Part shown: piece by piece, positions 35,470-44,512 of the stretch
Numbering within the stretch: the stretch's first letter is position 1
Layout of the letters: every line of letters begins with the position of its first letter
Origin: an uncultured Clostridia bacterium
GTDB taxonomy: Bacteria > Bacillota > Clostridia > TANB77 > CAG-508
Direction of reading: 5' to 3'
NCBI GenBank assembly: GCA_934162535.1
Contig: CAKPJC010000006.1
Coordinates: forward strand, 12,148-76,147
Length of the DNA stretch: 64,000 bases
Translations under genes and position numbers: made by a program
The notes under the pieces: generated by a model
Told to the model about the DNA's origin: nothing
What the model saw: only the letters and a program-made list of their open reading frames with translations
Database searches by the model: none

Positions 35470-36768
35470 TTATTCAAGTGATTCTCTCCAATATTCCGGT
35501 ATATTCTCATAATTATTTAATTCTGTTGCTTTGTAATAGCATCCACATCCATCAGGTTCACCAATATAATTATTTGTACTTCCGTTTTGCACTCTTTTCC
35601 ATAGTTTTATTGGCTCTCCTGTTAATCCTGTGCATTTGTAAAATGTACCTACAAAATTAGTTACATATAGGCAATTTGCAAATAATGTTGATGGAATGCT
35701 TGTTAATGATGTACAGCCTGCAAATGTTACTTCAAAAGTTGTTACATTTGGACAATTTGCAAATAATGTTGATGGAATGCTTGTTAATGATGTACAATCT
35801 ACAAATGTTGCTTCAAAAGTTGTTACATTTGGACAATTTGCAAATAATGTTGATTGAATGCTTGTTAATGATGTACATTCTGCAAATGTTCCATAAAAAG
35901 TTGTTACATTTGGACAGTTTGCAAATAAGTCTTCTGGAATACTTGTTAATGATATACTTTCATAAAATCCATATGAAAAATCTGTTATTTTTTCAAAACT
36001 CTTTTCTGTTGGACTTGCTATTTTCCTTAAATTTATGCATCCTGCTAGTTTTACATCTTCTAACCCTGTTTCTCCCCATTGAATTATTTCAAGAATGTTG
36101 TCATTTTCATATCCATTGTAAAGTTTTGTGCATTTTCCTGTTATTGTTACTTTATAATCTTTGTTTATTTCTGGGTATGTGTGTTCTATTTGTTGTGGAG
36201 GCATCTGTGCACTTTTATTTTTAGTACTATCATTTTGAACTATATTTGCATATTTTTTTCCTTCTGTATTTTTGTTTTCTGCTGTTGTTACCTTACCATC
36301 TCCCCAGTCAATAGTTATTCCTTCCTCAGTTTCTAATACTGGCAATTTCACTTCTCCAGTATCTCCTGAATTAACTAGTATTATTAATGCTCTTTTGTCT
36401 ACTTCTTCTCCATATGGTATTTCTCTTGTTCCTATTGTTATTATTTCTTTGTCTCTGTCTATTTCTTTTTCATATACTATTCCTTCTTGTATTAGTTTTT
36501 CCAACATTTCTTCTTTCGATACTAATGCTTCACTTGTTCCTGTTACTTCATTTTGTGTTTTTATCATTTTGTTATTATTTTTCCACATTTTTACTTCTTC
36601 GTCTACATTCCCTGCTCTTGATTCTAGCTTCGCTTCATTTGATTTTGTTACTATTCCATTATCTCCTTTTAACATTTGTATGCTTATTCCTGCTAATATC
36701 ATTAATACTACGATTGTTACTACTAATGCTATTAGTGTTATTGCTTTTGAGCTTTTTATTCTGTTCAT
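35470..36768 (-). CDS. L4: pilin-like N-terminus / LRR-type repeat surface-protein paralogue (largest repeat count)
   Basis: The track start is 36783. It contains SLTSIPSTLFANCPNVTTFE(V/A)TF..CT repeated. Confidence 0.75.
   Translation of the reverse strand: MNRIKSSKAITLIALVVTIVVLMILAGISIQMLKGDNGIVTKSNEAKLESRAGNVDEEVKMWKNNNKMIKTQNEVTGTSEALVSKEEMLEKLIQEGIVYEKEIDRDKEIITIGTREIPYGEEVDKRALIILVNSGDTGEVKLPVLETEEGITIDWGDGKVTTAENKNTEGKKYANIVQNDSTKNKSAQMPPQQIEHTYPEINKDYKVTITGKCTKLYNGYENDNILEIIQWGETGLEDVKLAGCINLRKIASPTEKSFEKITDFSYGFYESISLTSIPEDLFANCPNVTTFYGTFAECTSLTSIQSTLFANCPNVTTFEATFVDCTSLTSIPSTLFANCPNVTTFEVTFAGCTSLTSIPSTLFANCLYVTNFVGTFYKCTGLTGEPIKLWKRVQNGSTNNYIGEPDGCGCYYKATELNNYENIPEYWRESLE
35672..35995. 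repeat. four 81-bp tandem coding repeats in L4
   Basis: Units start at 35672, 35753, 35834 and 35915 (caatttgcaaataatgttgatgg...) and are near-identical to one another. Confidence 0.8.
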
Positions 36769-36965
36769 CTTTTGTTCCTCCATCTCTTTTTTATTATTAA
36801 CATATTATCATAATGTGTTTTATCTTTCAATATTTTTGGAACATTTTTTATCTTATGCTATTGTATTTCACGTTTTTATATACATTTTTATATAAAATAT
36901 ACTATGTCAAGAAGTAGATACGAAAAAAGACTGTAAATTATATAAACTCACAATCTTTTATATTA

Positions 36966-39308
36966 TTATTTTCTTGCAAATTTTCTTTCAATATCATATT
37001 TAGACATTTTTATCGCTGTTGGTCTTCCATGTGGACATGTGAATGGATTTGGTAATTCTAATAATTTATCCATTAAGCTATCAACTTCTTCTTTAGTTAA
37101 TGCCATGTTTGCTTTTACTGCTGCTTTACAAGCAACTGTTGCAATAAATCTTTCTTCAACTTCTTGTTTTGCAGTTCTTGATACTGAATTTATCTCGTCT
37201 AGTGTTTCCAAAAACATTTCTTTTGTTTCTAGGTCTAAACACATTTCTGGTACACCTGTAAGTTTTATGGTGTTTTCCCCAAATTCTTCTAACATGAACC
37301 CTGCTTTTCTAAACATTTTCATGTTGTCTCTTGCTATTTCCATTTCCTTGTGTGTTAATGTTATAATATCTGGTAATAACATTAATTGAGAGTCTTTGTT
37401 TTCATCATTGTAGTAATTTGCTTTTACTTTTTCATATAATATTCTTTCATGTGCTGCATGTTGGTCTATTATATACATTTCTTTGTCTATTTCTATTATT
37501 ATGTATGTTTTGAATACTATTCCAATAAATTTGTACGTTGGTTTTTTGTATTCTTCAATATTTTCAAATACTGATATGTTTTCTGCTGTTGCTATATCTT
37601 GTGCATCTTCTCCATCATTTTCTTTTTCTTCCATATCTAAGTTGTGCCCTCTAACTGGTTTTGTTCCAAATAGTCTTAGATACATTTCTTCAAACTCTTT
37701 TGAATATTCTCCACTACTTTCTTGCTCTGCTGTTTTTTCACTCTCATTTTCTTCTTGAAGTGCTTTTGGCAATTCTTCTTCATTGTCTTTGTTTGGTTCT
37801 AATGCTTTTTCTACCTCTTCTTTTAGGTTTATTGGCTTTTGGTTTGCTTTTGCAATTTCTTCTAATAAGTCAACTTTTAACTCTGGTTGTTTTGTTTCTT
37901 CTTTTGAAGTTTCCTCTTCTGCTTTTTCTGTTTTGTATTCTTCGTTTTCTTCTTCAACCGGAATTGTTGTATCTTCTGCATTTGTTGTATATTTTAATTC
38001 TTTTTCTTGCTCCAATTTTGCTTTTAATTCAGGTGATTCTTGTATTAGCTTGTCTTTTATTTCTTGTAATTTTCTTAGTACTTCTTGGCTTTTTTCTATT
38101 TCTGACATTCCAGCTCCATTTAATATCCCTGATGTTGGTATTTCCGGAGTAGTTGTGCTTGTATTTGTTGTATGCCTTAATGATTCTGGTATTCCATTTT
38201 CTTTTCTTGCTTTGTATATTTGTTCTACTATTGTTTCTTCTCCATTTTTGTTTTTGTTTCCAAATAGTCCACTTTCTGTCCTTGACATACTTGATGTATG
38301 GTCTGTGTCTGCTACAAGTTCGGATTTTAGTAATGTGTCTTTTATTGCATGATATACTGCTTTGAATACTACATTTTCTTCTTCAAATCTTACTTCAAGT
38401 TTTGCTGGGTGCACATTTACATCTACTTTGCTTGGGTTCATGTCTATGTTTAGTATTAGAAAACTAAATTTTCCAATAGGTATCATTCCTTTGTATGCTC
38501 TTTCTGCTGCTGATGATAATGATTTGTCTTTTACATATCTTTTATTCACAAAGAATAATTGGTTTGACCTGTTTGAACGTGCTATTTCTGGTTTTCCTAT
38601 TACTCCATATATGTGCATTCCTTCATATTCATAGTCTGTTGGTATTACTCCTTGTGCAATGTCTTTACCATATATGCTGTATATTACTGATTTCAAGTCA
38701 CCATTTCCATTTGTTTGTATTATTGTTTTTCCTGTGTTTACTAGCTTTATTGCTATTTCTGGATGTACAAGTGCAATTCTTGTTACTGCATCTTCTATAT
38801 ATCCTGCTTCTGTAAAGTCTTTTTTTAGAAATTTGTATCTTACTGGTGTATTATAAAATAGGTTTGTTACTGTTATTGTTGTTCCATTTGCACAACCTGT
38901 TTCTCCTTTTTCTAGGACTTTTCCACCTTCTACTACTATTCTATATCCATTTGCTTGGTTTGCTGGCTTTGATACCATTTCTACATTTGCTATTGCTGTT
39001 ATACTTGCAAGTGCTTCTCCTCTGAACCCCATTGACATTACTGTGTTTAAGTCGTCTGCACTTCTTATTTTACTTGTTGCATGCCTTTCAAATGCCATTT
39101 CCATGTCATCTTCTGCTATCCCTTTTCCATTGTCTGTTACTTTTATGTATGATATTCCTCCATTTTTTATTTCTACTGTTATGTTTGTTGCTCCTGCATC
39201 TATAGAGTTTTCTACCATTTCTTTTATTACTGATGCTGGTCTTTCTATTACCTCTCCTGCTGCTATTTTGTTTATTGTTAAGTCATCTAATAATACTATA
39301 TTTCCCAT
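36966..39308 (-). CDS. mutL: DNA mismatch repair protein MutL
   Basis: 780 aa with INKIAAGEVIERPASVIKEMVENSIDAGA, MGFRGEALASI, a long acidic linker, and a C-terminal dimerisation/endonuclease region (DQHAAHERILYE, CPHGRP). Confidence 0.92.
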   Translation of the reverse strand: MGNIVLLDDLTINKIAAGEVIERPASVIKEMVENSIDAGATNITVEIKNGGISYIKVTDNGKGIAEDDMEMAFERHATSKIRSADDLNTVMSMGFRGEALASITAIANVEMVSKPANQANGYRIVVEGGKVLEKGETGCANGTTITVTNLFYNTPVRYKFLKKDFTEAGYIEDAVTRIALVHPEIAIKLVNTGKTIIQTNGNGDLKSVIYSIYGKDIAQGVIPTDYEYEGMHIYGVIGKPEIARSNRSNQLFFVNKRYVKDKSLSSAAERAYKGMIPIGKFSFLILNIDMNPSKVDVNVHPAKLEVRFEEENVVFKAVYHAIKDTLLKSELVADTDHTSSMSRTESGLFGNKNKNGEETIVEQIYKARKENGIPESLRHTTNTSTTTPEIPTSGILNGAGMSEIEKSQEVLRKLQEIKDKLIQESPELKAKLEQEKELKYTTNAEDTTIPVEEENEEYKTEKAEEETSKEETKQPELKVDLLEEIAKANQKPINLKEEVEKALEPNKDNEEELPKALQEENESEKTAEQESSGEYSKEFEEMYLRLFGTKPVRGHNLDMEEKENDGEDAQDIATAENISVFENIEEYKKPTYKFIGIVFKTYIIIEIDKEMYIIDQHAAHERILYEKVKANYYNDENKDSQLMLLPDIITLTHKEMEIARDNMKMFRKAGFMLEEFGENTIKLTGVPEMCLDLETKEMFLETLDEINSVSRTAKQEVEERFIATVACKAAVKANMALTKEEVDSLMDKLLELPNPFTCPHGRPTAIKMSKYDIERKFARK

Positions 39309-39528
39309 ATTTTCTTCATCGTTCCTTCCCTGCTTTTCTTTCGATTCTTTTCTACTTTTTTATTTTATCATTTATGTTATTTATTATCAAGTATTTTTTC
39401 ATTTTTACATTAATTAGCTTTTCGTTTGTTGTAACACATTTTTTTATATCCCATATTATATATTATCAAAAGAAAAATTCTATTTAATATACTTTGATTA
39501 AATTTAATAATTGAAAGGGGGGTTTTAT

Positions 39529-39648
39529 ATGCCAGAAAATAGAGGTTGTGGATGTGGCTTCGGTTTCGGTGATGACTGCTGTTGCATAATCATACTAATA
39601 CTTTTAATATGTTGCTGTTGTGGTGGTAACAGAGGAGGATGTTGCTAA
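39529..39648 (+). CDS. 39-aa Cys/Gly-rich tiny membrane protein (YjcZ/tiny-TM-like)
   Basis: My own translation: MPENRGCGCGFGFGDDCCCIIILILLICCCCGGNRGGCC. RBS aaagggggg lies 8 nt upstream and a hairpin follows. It is below the track's ORF size cut-off. Confidence 0.45.
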   Translation: MPENRGCGCGFGFGDDCCCIIILILLICCCCGGNRGGCC

Positions 39649-39696
39649 TCCTTTAGACATATAAAAGAAGGCTCCCTTTTTCGAGAGTCTTCTTAA

Positions 39697-41979
39697 TTAT
39701 TCTATATAATTGTTTTTAAATAATAATTGATTTATTATGTTCATTTTTATTTTGTATATTAGTTTGTCAAAAAGTTTTTTTCCTTCTTTTTCGTATTCTT
39801 GTATTGGATTGTATCCACCATATACTCTAAGTTCTATATTGTCTTTTAAATATTCCATTGTTTCTAAGTGCTCTATCCAGTTTTCATCTATTACTTTTAA
39901 TATTCTCTGTTTCTCTATTTCATGAAATTCTGTTTTTCCTATTTCATTTTCTTTCATTTTATATCTGTTATAAATCTTTTGTTCTAGTTCTTTTAGATTT
40001 TGTTCTCTTATATTTATTTTTTCATATTCTTCCAATTTTTGTTTTACTTTGTTTGATTTTTCTGTATTTTCTTTTATTATTTGCTCACAATAATAGTCTA
40101 TAAAGTTTTTTATTGTTTTTTCAAATATTCCTTCTAATATTTGTTTTCTATCTCCATATATTATTCTTCTTTGTATGTTTAGCGTTTTGTCATAGTTTAC
40201 CATTCTTTTTCTTGATGTATAGTTTTTGTTTTCTGCTTCTTTTTGTGCCTTTTCTATCTCTTTTTTTATTGTTCTTGATTTTATTTCTTTTTTGCTTTTT
40301 ATTTCTCTGTTTTTTCCATATATTTTTATCAATTCATCTTCTAAACTAATATAAAATATACTTTCTCCTATTTGTCCTTGTCTGCCACTTCTCCCTCTTA
40401 GCTGTTCATCAATTCTCCTTGATTCATGTTTTTCTGTTCCTATTACTTTTAATCCTCCAGCTTTTATGACTTCATCTTGGTTTATTATTATGTTTGTTCC
40501 TCTTCCTGCCATGTTTGTGGCTATTGTTACTTTTCCAATTTGACCTGCTTGTTCCACTATTTTGGCTTCTTCTTTATCATTTTTTGCATTTAATATATTG
40601 TGTTTTATGTTTTCTTTTTTTAGTAATTTACTTAATTCTTCTGATTTTTCTATTGATATTGTTCCAATTAATACTGGTTGTCCCTTTTCTTGGCTCTTTT
40701 TTATTTCTTTTATTATTGCTTCTATTTTTTCTTGTTCTGCTCCATAAACTTTGTCTTTTCTGTCTTTCCTTTTGCTTTTTAGATTTCTTGGTATTTCTAC
40801 TACATCTAGTCCATATATTTCATTTAATTCTTTTTCTGCTGTTTTTGCTGTTCCTGTCATTCCTGATAATTTTTTATACATTTTGAAGTAGTTTTGTGTT
40901 GTTATACTTGCTACCATTGTTGAACTGTCATCTATTTTTAGTCCTTCTTTTGCCTCTATTGCTTCATGTAGTCCTTTTGTATACCTTTTTCCTTTCATTA
41001 TTCTTCCTGTGTATTTATCTATTATTTGTACATTTTTATCTTTTATTATATAGTCAACATCTTTTTCTAGTATGTTGTTCGCACATAGTGCTTGTTTTAC
41101 AAGATTTATTGTTTCTATGTTTTCTTTTTCATAAAAGTTTTTTAGATTATATTCTTTTTCTGCTTTTTTTATTCCTTTTTGTGTTAGTACTACTGTTTTG
41201 TATGTTTCATCAACTACATAATCATATTTTTCGTTTTCTTCTAATTGTTTTTTGTCTTTTGGATTTTCTTTTATTATCCTGATCCCTTTTAAGCTTTTTA
41301 CGAATTTGTCGGCTTTTATATATGGTTTTTCATCATTTTTTGCTTTTCTATTTGATATTATCATTGGTGTTTGCGCTTCATCTATTAATATACTATCTGC
41401 TTCGTCTATTATTGCATAATTTAGTTCTCTTTGCACTATTTCTTCTTTATTTCTTGCTATATTGTCTCTTAGATAATCAAACCCAAATTCAGTGTTTGTT
41501 CCATATGTTACTTCTTTTTGGTATTGTTTTTTTCTTTCTTCTGTTGTCATGTCTTGGTCTATTATTCCTACTGTTATTCCTAAGTATTCTAATATTTTTC
41601 CTACTTCATTGTAGTCTCTCTGGGCTAAGTATTCATTTGTCGTTATTATGTGTACTCCTTTTCCTTCTAGTGCATTTAGGTATGCAGGAAGAACAGCTGT
41701 TAATGTCTTTCCTTCTCCTGCTTTTATTTCAGCTATTCTTCCTTGATTTAGTATGTATCCTCCTTCTATTTGCACATCATATAGAGTTTTTCCTGTTATT
41801 ATTTTTGTTCCTCTTTTGGCTATTGCATACGCTTCTGGTAATATTTCTTCTAGCTCTATTTTTTCTTGTTGTATCTTTTTCTTTAGTTCTTCTGTCTTTT
41901 CTTTTATTTGTTGTTCATTGTATTGGCTTATTTCTTTTTCATGTTTTTTTATTTTTTCTAGTATTTTTTTGTTTTTCAT
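39697..41979 (-). CDS. secA: SecA-family preprotein translocase ATPase, short form (SecA2-like: no canonical N-terminal FGS.N.R motif, no C-terminal Zn-finger tail)
   Basis: 760 aa with IKAGEGKTLTAVLPAYLNAL, IIDEADSILIDEAQTPMIIS and ATNMAGRGTNI. It ends in ...NQLLFKNNYIE without a CxCxSGxKxKxC tail. Confidence 0.88.
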   Translation of the reverse strand: MKNKKILEKIKKHEKEISQYNEQQIKEKTEELKKKIQQEKIELEEILPEAYAIAKRGTKIITGKTLYDVQIEGGYILNQGRIAEIKAGEGKTLTAVLPAYLNALEGKGVHIITTNEYLAQRDYNEVGKILEYLGITVGIIDQDMTTEERKKQYQKEVTYGTNTEFGFDYLRDNIARNKEEIVQRELNYAIIDEADSILIDEAQTPMIISNRKAKNDEKPYIKADKFVKSLKGIRIIKENPKDKKQLEENEKYDYVVDETYKTVVLTQKGIKKAEKEYNLKNFYEKENIETINLVKQALCANNILEKDVDYIIKDKNVQIIDKYTGRIMKGKRYTKGLHEAIEAKEGLKIDDSSTMVASITTQNYFKMYKKLSGMTGTAKTAEKELNEIYGLDVVEIPRNLKSKRKDRKDKVYGAEQEKIEAIIKEIKKSQEKGQPVLIGTISIEKSEELSKLLKKENIKHNILNAKNDKEEAKIVEQAGQIGKVTIATNMAGRGTNIIINQDEVIKAGGLKVIGTEKHESRRIDEQLRGRSGRQGQIGESIFYISLEDELIKIYGKNREIKSKKEIKSRTIKKEIEKAQKEAENKNYTSRKRMVNYDKTLNIQRRIIYGDRKQILEGIFEKTIKNFIDYYCEQIIKENTEKSNKVKQKLEEYEKINIREQNLKELEQKIYNRYKMKENEIGKTEFHEIEKQRILKVIDENWIEHLETMEYLKDNIELRVYGGYNPIQEYEKEGKKLFDKLIYKIKMNIINQLLFKNNYIE

Positions 41980-42006
41980 TATTACCTTCTCTTCTACAAT
42001 ATTTCT

Positions 42007-42633
42007 TTACTTTTCCATATTTATTATTCTTTGTACATATTCTTCTAGTGTGTTTGTGTGTTTTACATCATTGCCTTTGTTTATTTCTTTTGGTTGTTCT
42101 GCTAGTCTTAGTCCATTGAAGTATTTGTCTGGTATGTTTTTGTATTCTTCTCTTTTTACTAGCTCTCTATCATCTTTTATGAATTTCATATCTTTTATTT
42201 CATATAAATTGTTTAGTCTTAATGATGTTAGTATTCCATTTGCAAATAGGTTCATATGGTAATCTGTTATTATGTTGTAGTATTCTATTTTTTCATGTAT
42301 TACTTCTCTTTCAGTTATTCTTGTTGTCGTTCCATCTTCTAAAAATACTCTTGTTCCTAGTGGTGTGTCTTGTTCGTTCATTCCATATAAAAATTTTTGT
42401 TTATCTATATTGAATACTCTATGGTCTCCGATTGTTTTTAGTTCTCTTCCATCTTCAAATTTTATATTGTTGTATTCATTTGCTTCTTGTACTTTTTTTA
42501 TCCATAGTGGTTTTGCTGTTGAGAAACATCCATTGTCAAAATCCCATACTAGTAGCTGGTCTTCATATGTTATGTCTTCTATATTTTTGGTTGTGTGATT
42601 TGCTAGTGTGATTTTAGTTCCTTTGGCTAGACA
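42007..42633. repeat. 3' homology block shared by H1 and H2 (Hint domain plus tail), copy 1
   Basis: Collinear with 43886-44512. The last 110 or so codons are identical at protein level. Confidence 0.85.
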
Positions 42634-43788
42634 AAGGTAACCCCATACATCTATTGTTGTATTGTCTTGTATTTCAACTATTTCTCCATTCTTTTTTTGT
42701 ACATTAAAACTTATTGTTAAATTTAACTCATTAGTAATAGTAGTAATATTATTTTTATCACGCCAATGTTCTGTTATTAACTCTCCACTTTTTGTTAATT
42801 TCGCAGCTGCTCCTGCAAAAGAAAATCTTATTGTTCCATTCTCATCTTCTTCTGGCACAATTCCAGTAAAAAATTGAATTTCTATCTTTGTTGCCTTTAC
42901 ATTCCCCATATATTCATATTTATATATTTGAAATTCTCCTTTTGTTTTACTCTCATCTACAAGTGTTTTACCATTTAGTGGATTTTTAATTCCTAGCATA
43001 TTTGCATATAGTGTTGTATTCTTACTTACTTTATCTCCTGCATTTGCTTCTTTTGTACATTCTTCGTCATAGTACCAGCCATCAAATACCTGTGCTGTTT
43101 CTTTTGGCTCTTCTGTAGGGTATATTACTGTACTACTTTTTATCTCTTTATATTGATTTCCATTTACCATAAATGCAATTTTATATTCACAAGCTTTCCA
43201 TTTAGGATATAATGTTATATCTGCTGTTAATTTTGCTCCTTCAACAGCTTCACTAGTTAGTTCTGTATCATAATACCAACCAGCAAAATCCATTCCATCT
43301 GTTACAGGTGGTGTTCTTGGGAATTCTACTTGTGTTGCTTTTATTGTTTTATATATTTGGTCTTTTCCCATAAATGATATTGTAAATATTGTTGTCATTA
43401 CTAATATCCCTATTTTGCCTAACCATTCCTTTTCTTTTGCTGTTGTTGTTCCATCATTATATCTTAATTCATTATCTTGTATAACAAATTTTTCAGCATC
43501 TTCATCGCTTATTCCTTTTATTATTTTCTTTATTTCTTCTGGCGTTTCAGCATATATCCTTACTTCTTCTCCTGCATAACTTTGCTCTTCTTTTGTTGTA
43601 ATGTATTCATTTAATTCTGTTTGATAGTCTCTTATTTTTACACTGTATTTGGCATATTTTGTGTCATTTAGTATTCCATCTTTTCCTTTTATTGCTTTTA
43701 ATGATATACTTGCTAGTATTAATAATACTATTATAGTTATTATTAATGCTATTAGCGTTATTCCTTTATTATTTTTTGTTTTTCTCAT
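42007..43788 (-). CDS. H1: secreted protein with pilin-like N-terminus, two Listeria-Bacteroides-type repeats, variable centre and C-terminal Hint (Hint_2-like) domain
   Basis: 593 aa. N-terminus MRKTKNNKG-ITLIALIITIIVLLILASISL. Repeats FAGWYYDTELT...ITLYPKW and FDGWYYDEECT...TLYA. The Hint domain starts at C-LAKGTKITLANHTTKNIEDI and ends near YHMNLFANGILTS. An 80-aa tail follows. Confidence 0.8.
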   Translation of the reverse strand: MRKTKNNKGITLIALIITIIVLLILASISLKAIKGKDGILNDTKYAKYSVKIRDYQTELNEYITTKEEQSYAGEEVRIYAETPEEIKKIIKGISDEDAEKFVIQDNELRYNDGTTTAKEKEWLGKIGILVMTTIFTISFMGKDQIYKTIKATQVEFPRTPPVTDGMDFAGWYYDTELTSEAVEGAKLTADITLYPKWKACEYKIAFMVNGNQYKEIKSSTVIYPTEEPKETAQVFDGWYYDEECTKEANAGDKVSKNTTLYANMLGIKNPLNGKTLVDESKTKGEFQIYKYEYMGNVKATKIEIQFFTGIVPEEDENGTIRFSFAGAAAKLTKSGELITEHWRDKNNITTITNELNLTISFNVQKKNGEIVEIQDNTTIDVWGYLCLAKGTKITLANHTTKNIEDITYEDQLLVWDFDNGCFSTAKPLWIKKVQEANEYNNIKFEDGRELKTIGDHRVFNIDKQKFLYGMNEQDTPLGTRVFLEDGTTTRITEREVIHEKIEYYNIITDYHMNLFANGILTSLRLNNLYEIKDMKFIKDDRELVKREEYKNIPDKYFNGLRLAEQPKEINKGNDVKHTNTLEEYVQRIINMEK

Positions 43789-43840
43789 ATTTTTTTCCTC
43801 TTTTGATTTTATATTTATATAATATCAAATTAATTTGATT
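43198..43840. repeat. 5' homology block shared by H1 and H2 (leader, first 197 codons, RBS region), copy 1
   Basis: Collinear with 45188-45830. The proteins differ at 2 of 197 residues. Confidence 0.85.
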
Positions 43841-43885
43841 GTTTCTAATATCTTTTTATTATAAAATTCTCTTTCACAATGTTTT

Positions 43886-44512
43886 TTACTTTTCCATATT
43901 TATTATTCTTTGTACATATTCTTCTAGTGTATTTGTGTGTTTTACATCATTGCCTTTGTTTATTTCTTTTGGTTGTTCTGCTAGTCTTAGTCCATTGAAG
44001 TATTTGTCTGGTATGTTTTTGTATTCTTCTCTTTTTACTAGCTCTCTATCATCTTTTATGAATTTCATATCTTTTATTTCATATAAATTGTTTAGTCTTA
44101 ATGATGTTAGTATTCCATTTGCAAATAGGTTCATATGGTAATCTGTTATTATATTGTAGTATTCTATTTTTTCATGTATTACTTCTCTTTCAGTTATTCT
44201 CGTTGTCGCTCCATCTTCTAAAAACACTTTTGTTCCTAGTGGTGTGTCTTGTTCGTTCATTGTATATGTGAATCTTTGTGAATCCATATTGAATATTCTA
44301 TGGTCTACTACTGTTTTTAGTTCTCTTCCATCTTCAAATTTTATATAGTTGTATTCGTTTGCTTCTTGTACTTTTTTTATCCATAATGGTTTTGCTGTTG
44401 AGAAACATCCATTGTCAAAGTCCCATACTAGTAGTTGGTCTTCATATGTTATGTCTTCTATGTTTTTGGTTGTATAATTTGCTAGAGTTATTTTTGTTCC
44501 TTTGGCTAAACA
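43886..44512. repeat. 3' homology block, copy 2
   Basis: See 42007-42633. Confidence 0.85.

Noticed and set aside
41322-42119. Long plus-strand ORFs antisense to minus-strand genes throughout the window, for example 41322-42119, 53181-53984, 18811-19473, 12304-12882, 54654-55271 and 57712-58311.
   Set aside because: Their products are L/F/S/I-rich low-complexity sequences with no RBS or motifs. They are the typical stop-poor antisense frames of AT-rich, purine-skewed coding strands, and every one overlaps a well-supported minus-strand gene.
42007-42633. A bona fide splicing intein in H1/H2.
   Set aside because: The domain ends in ..FANGILTS without the terminal His-Asn plus Cys/Ser/Thr nucleophile. 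No recognisable host protein is interrupted. It fits a Hint/BIL-type autoprocessing domain rather than an intein.
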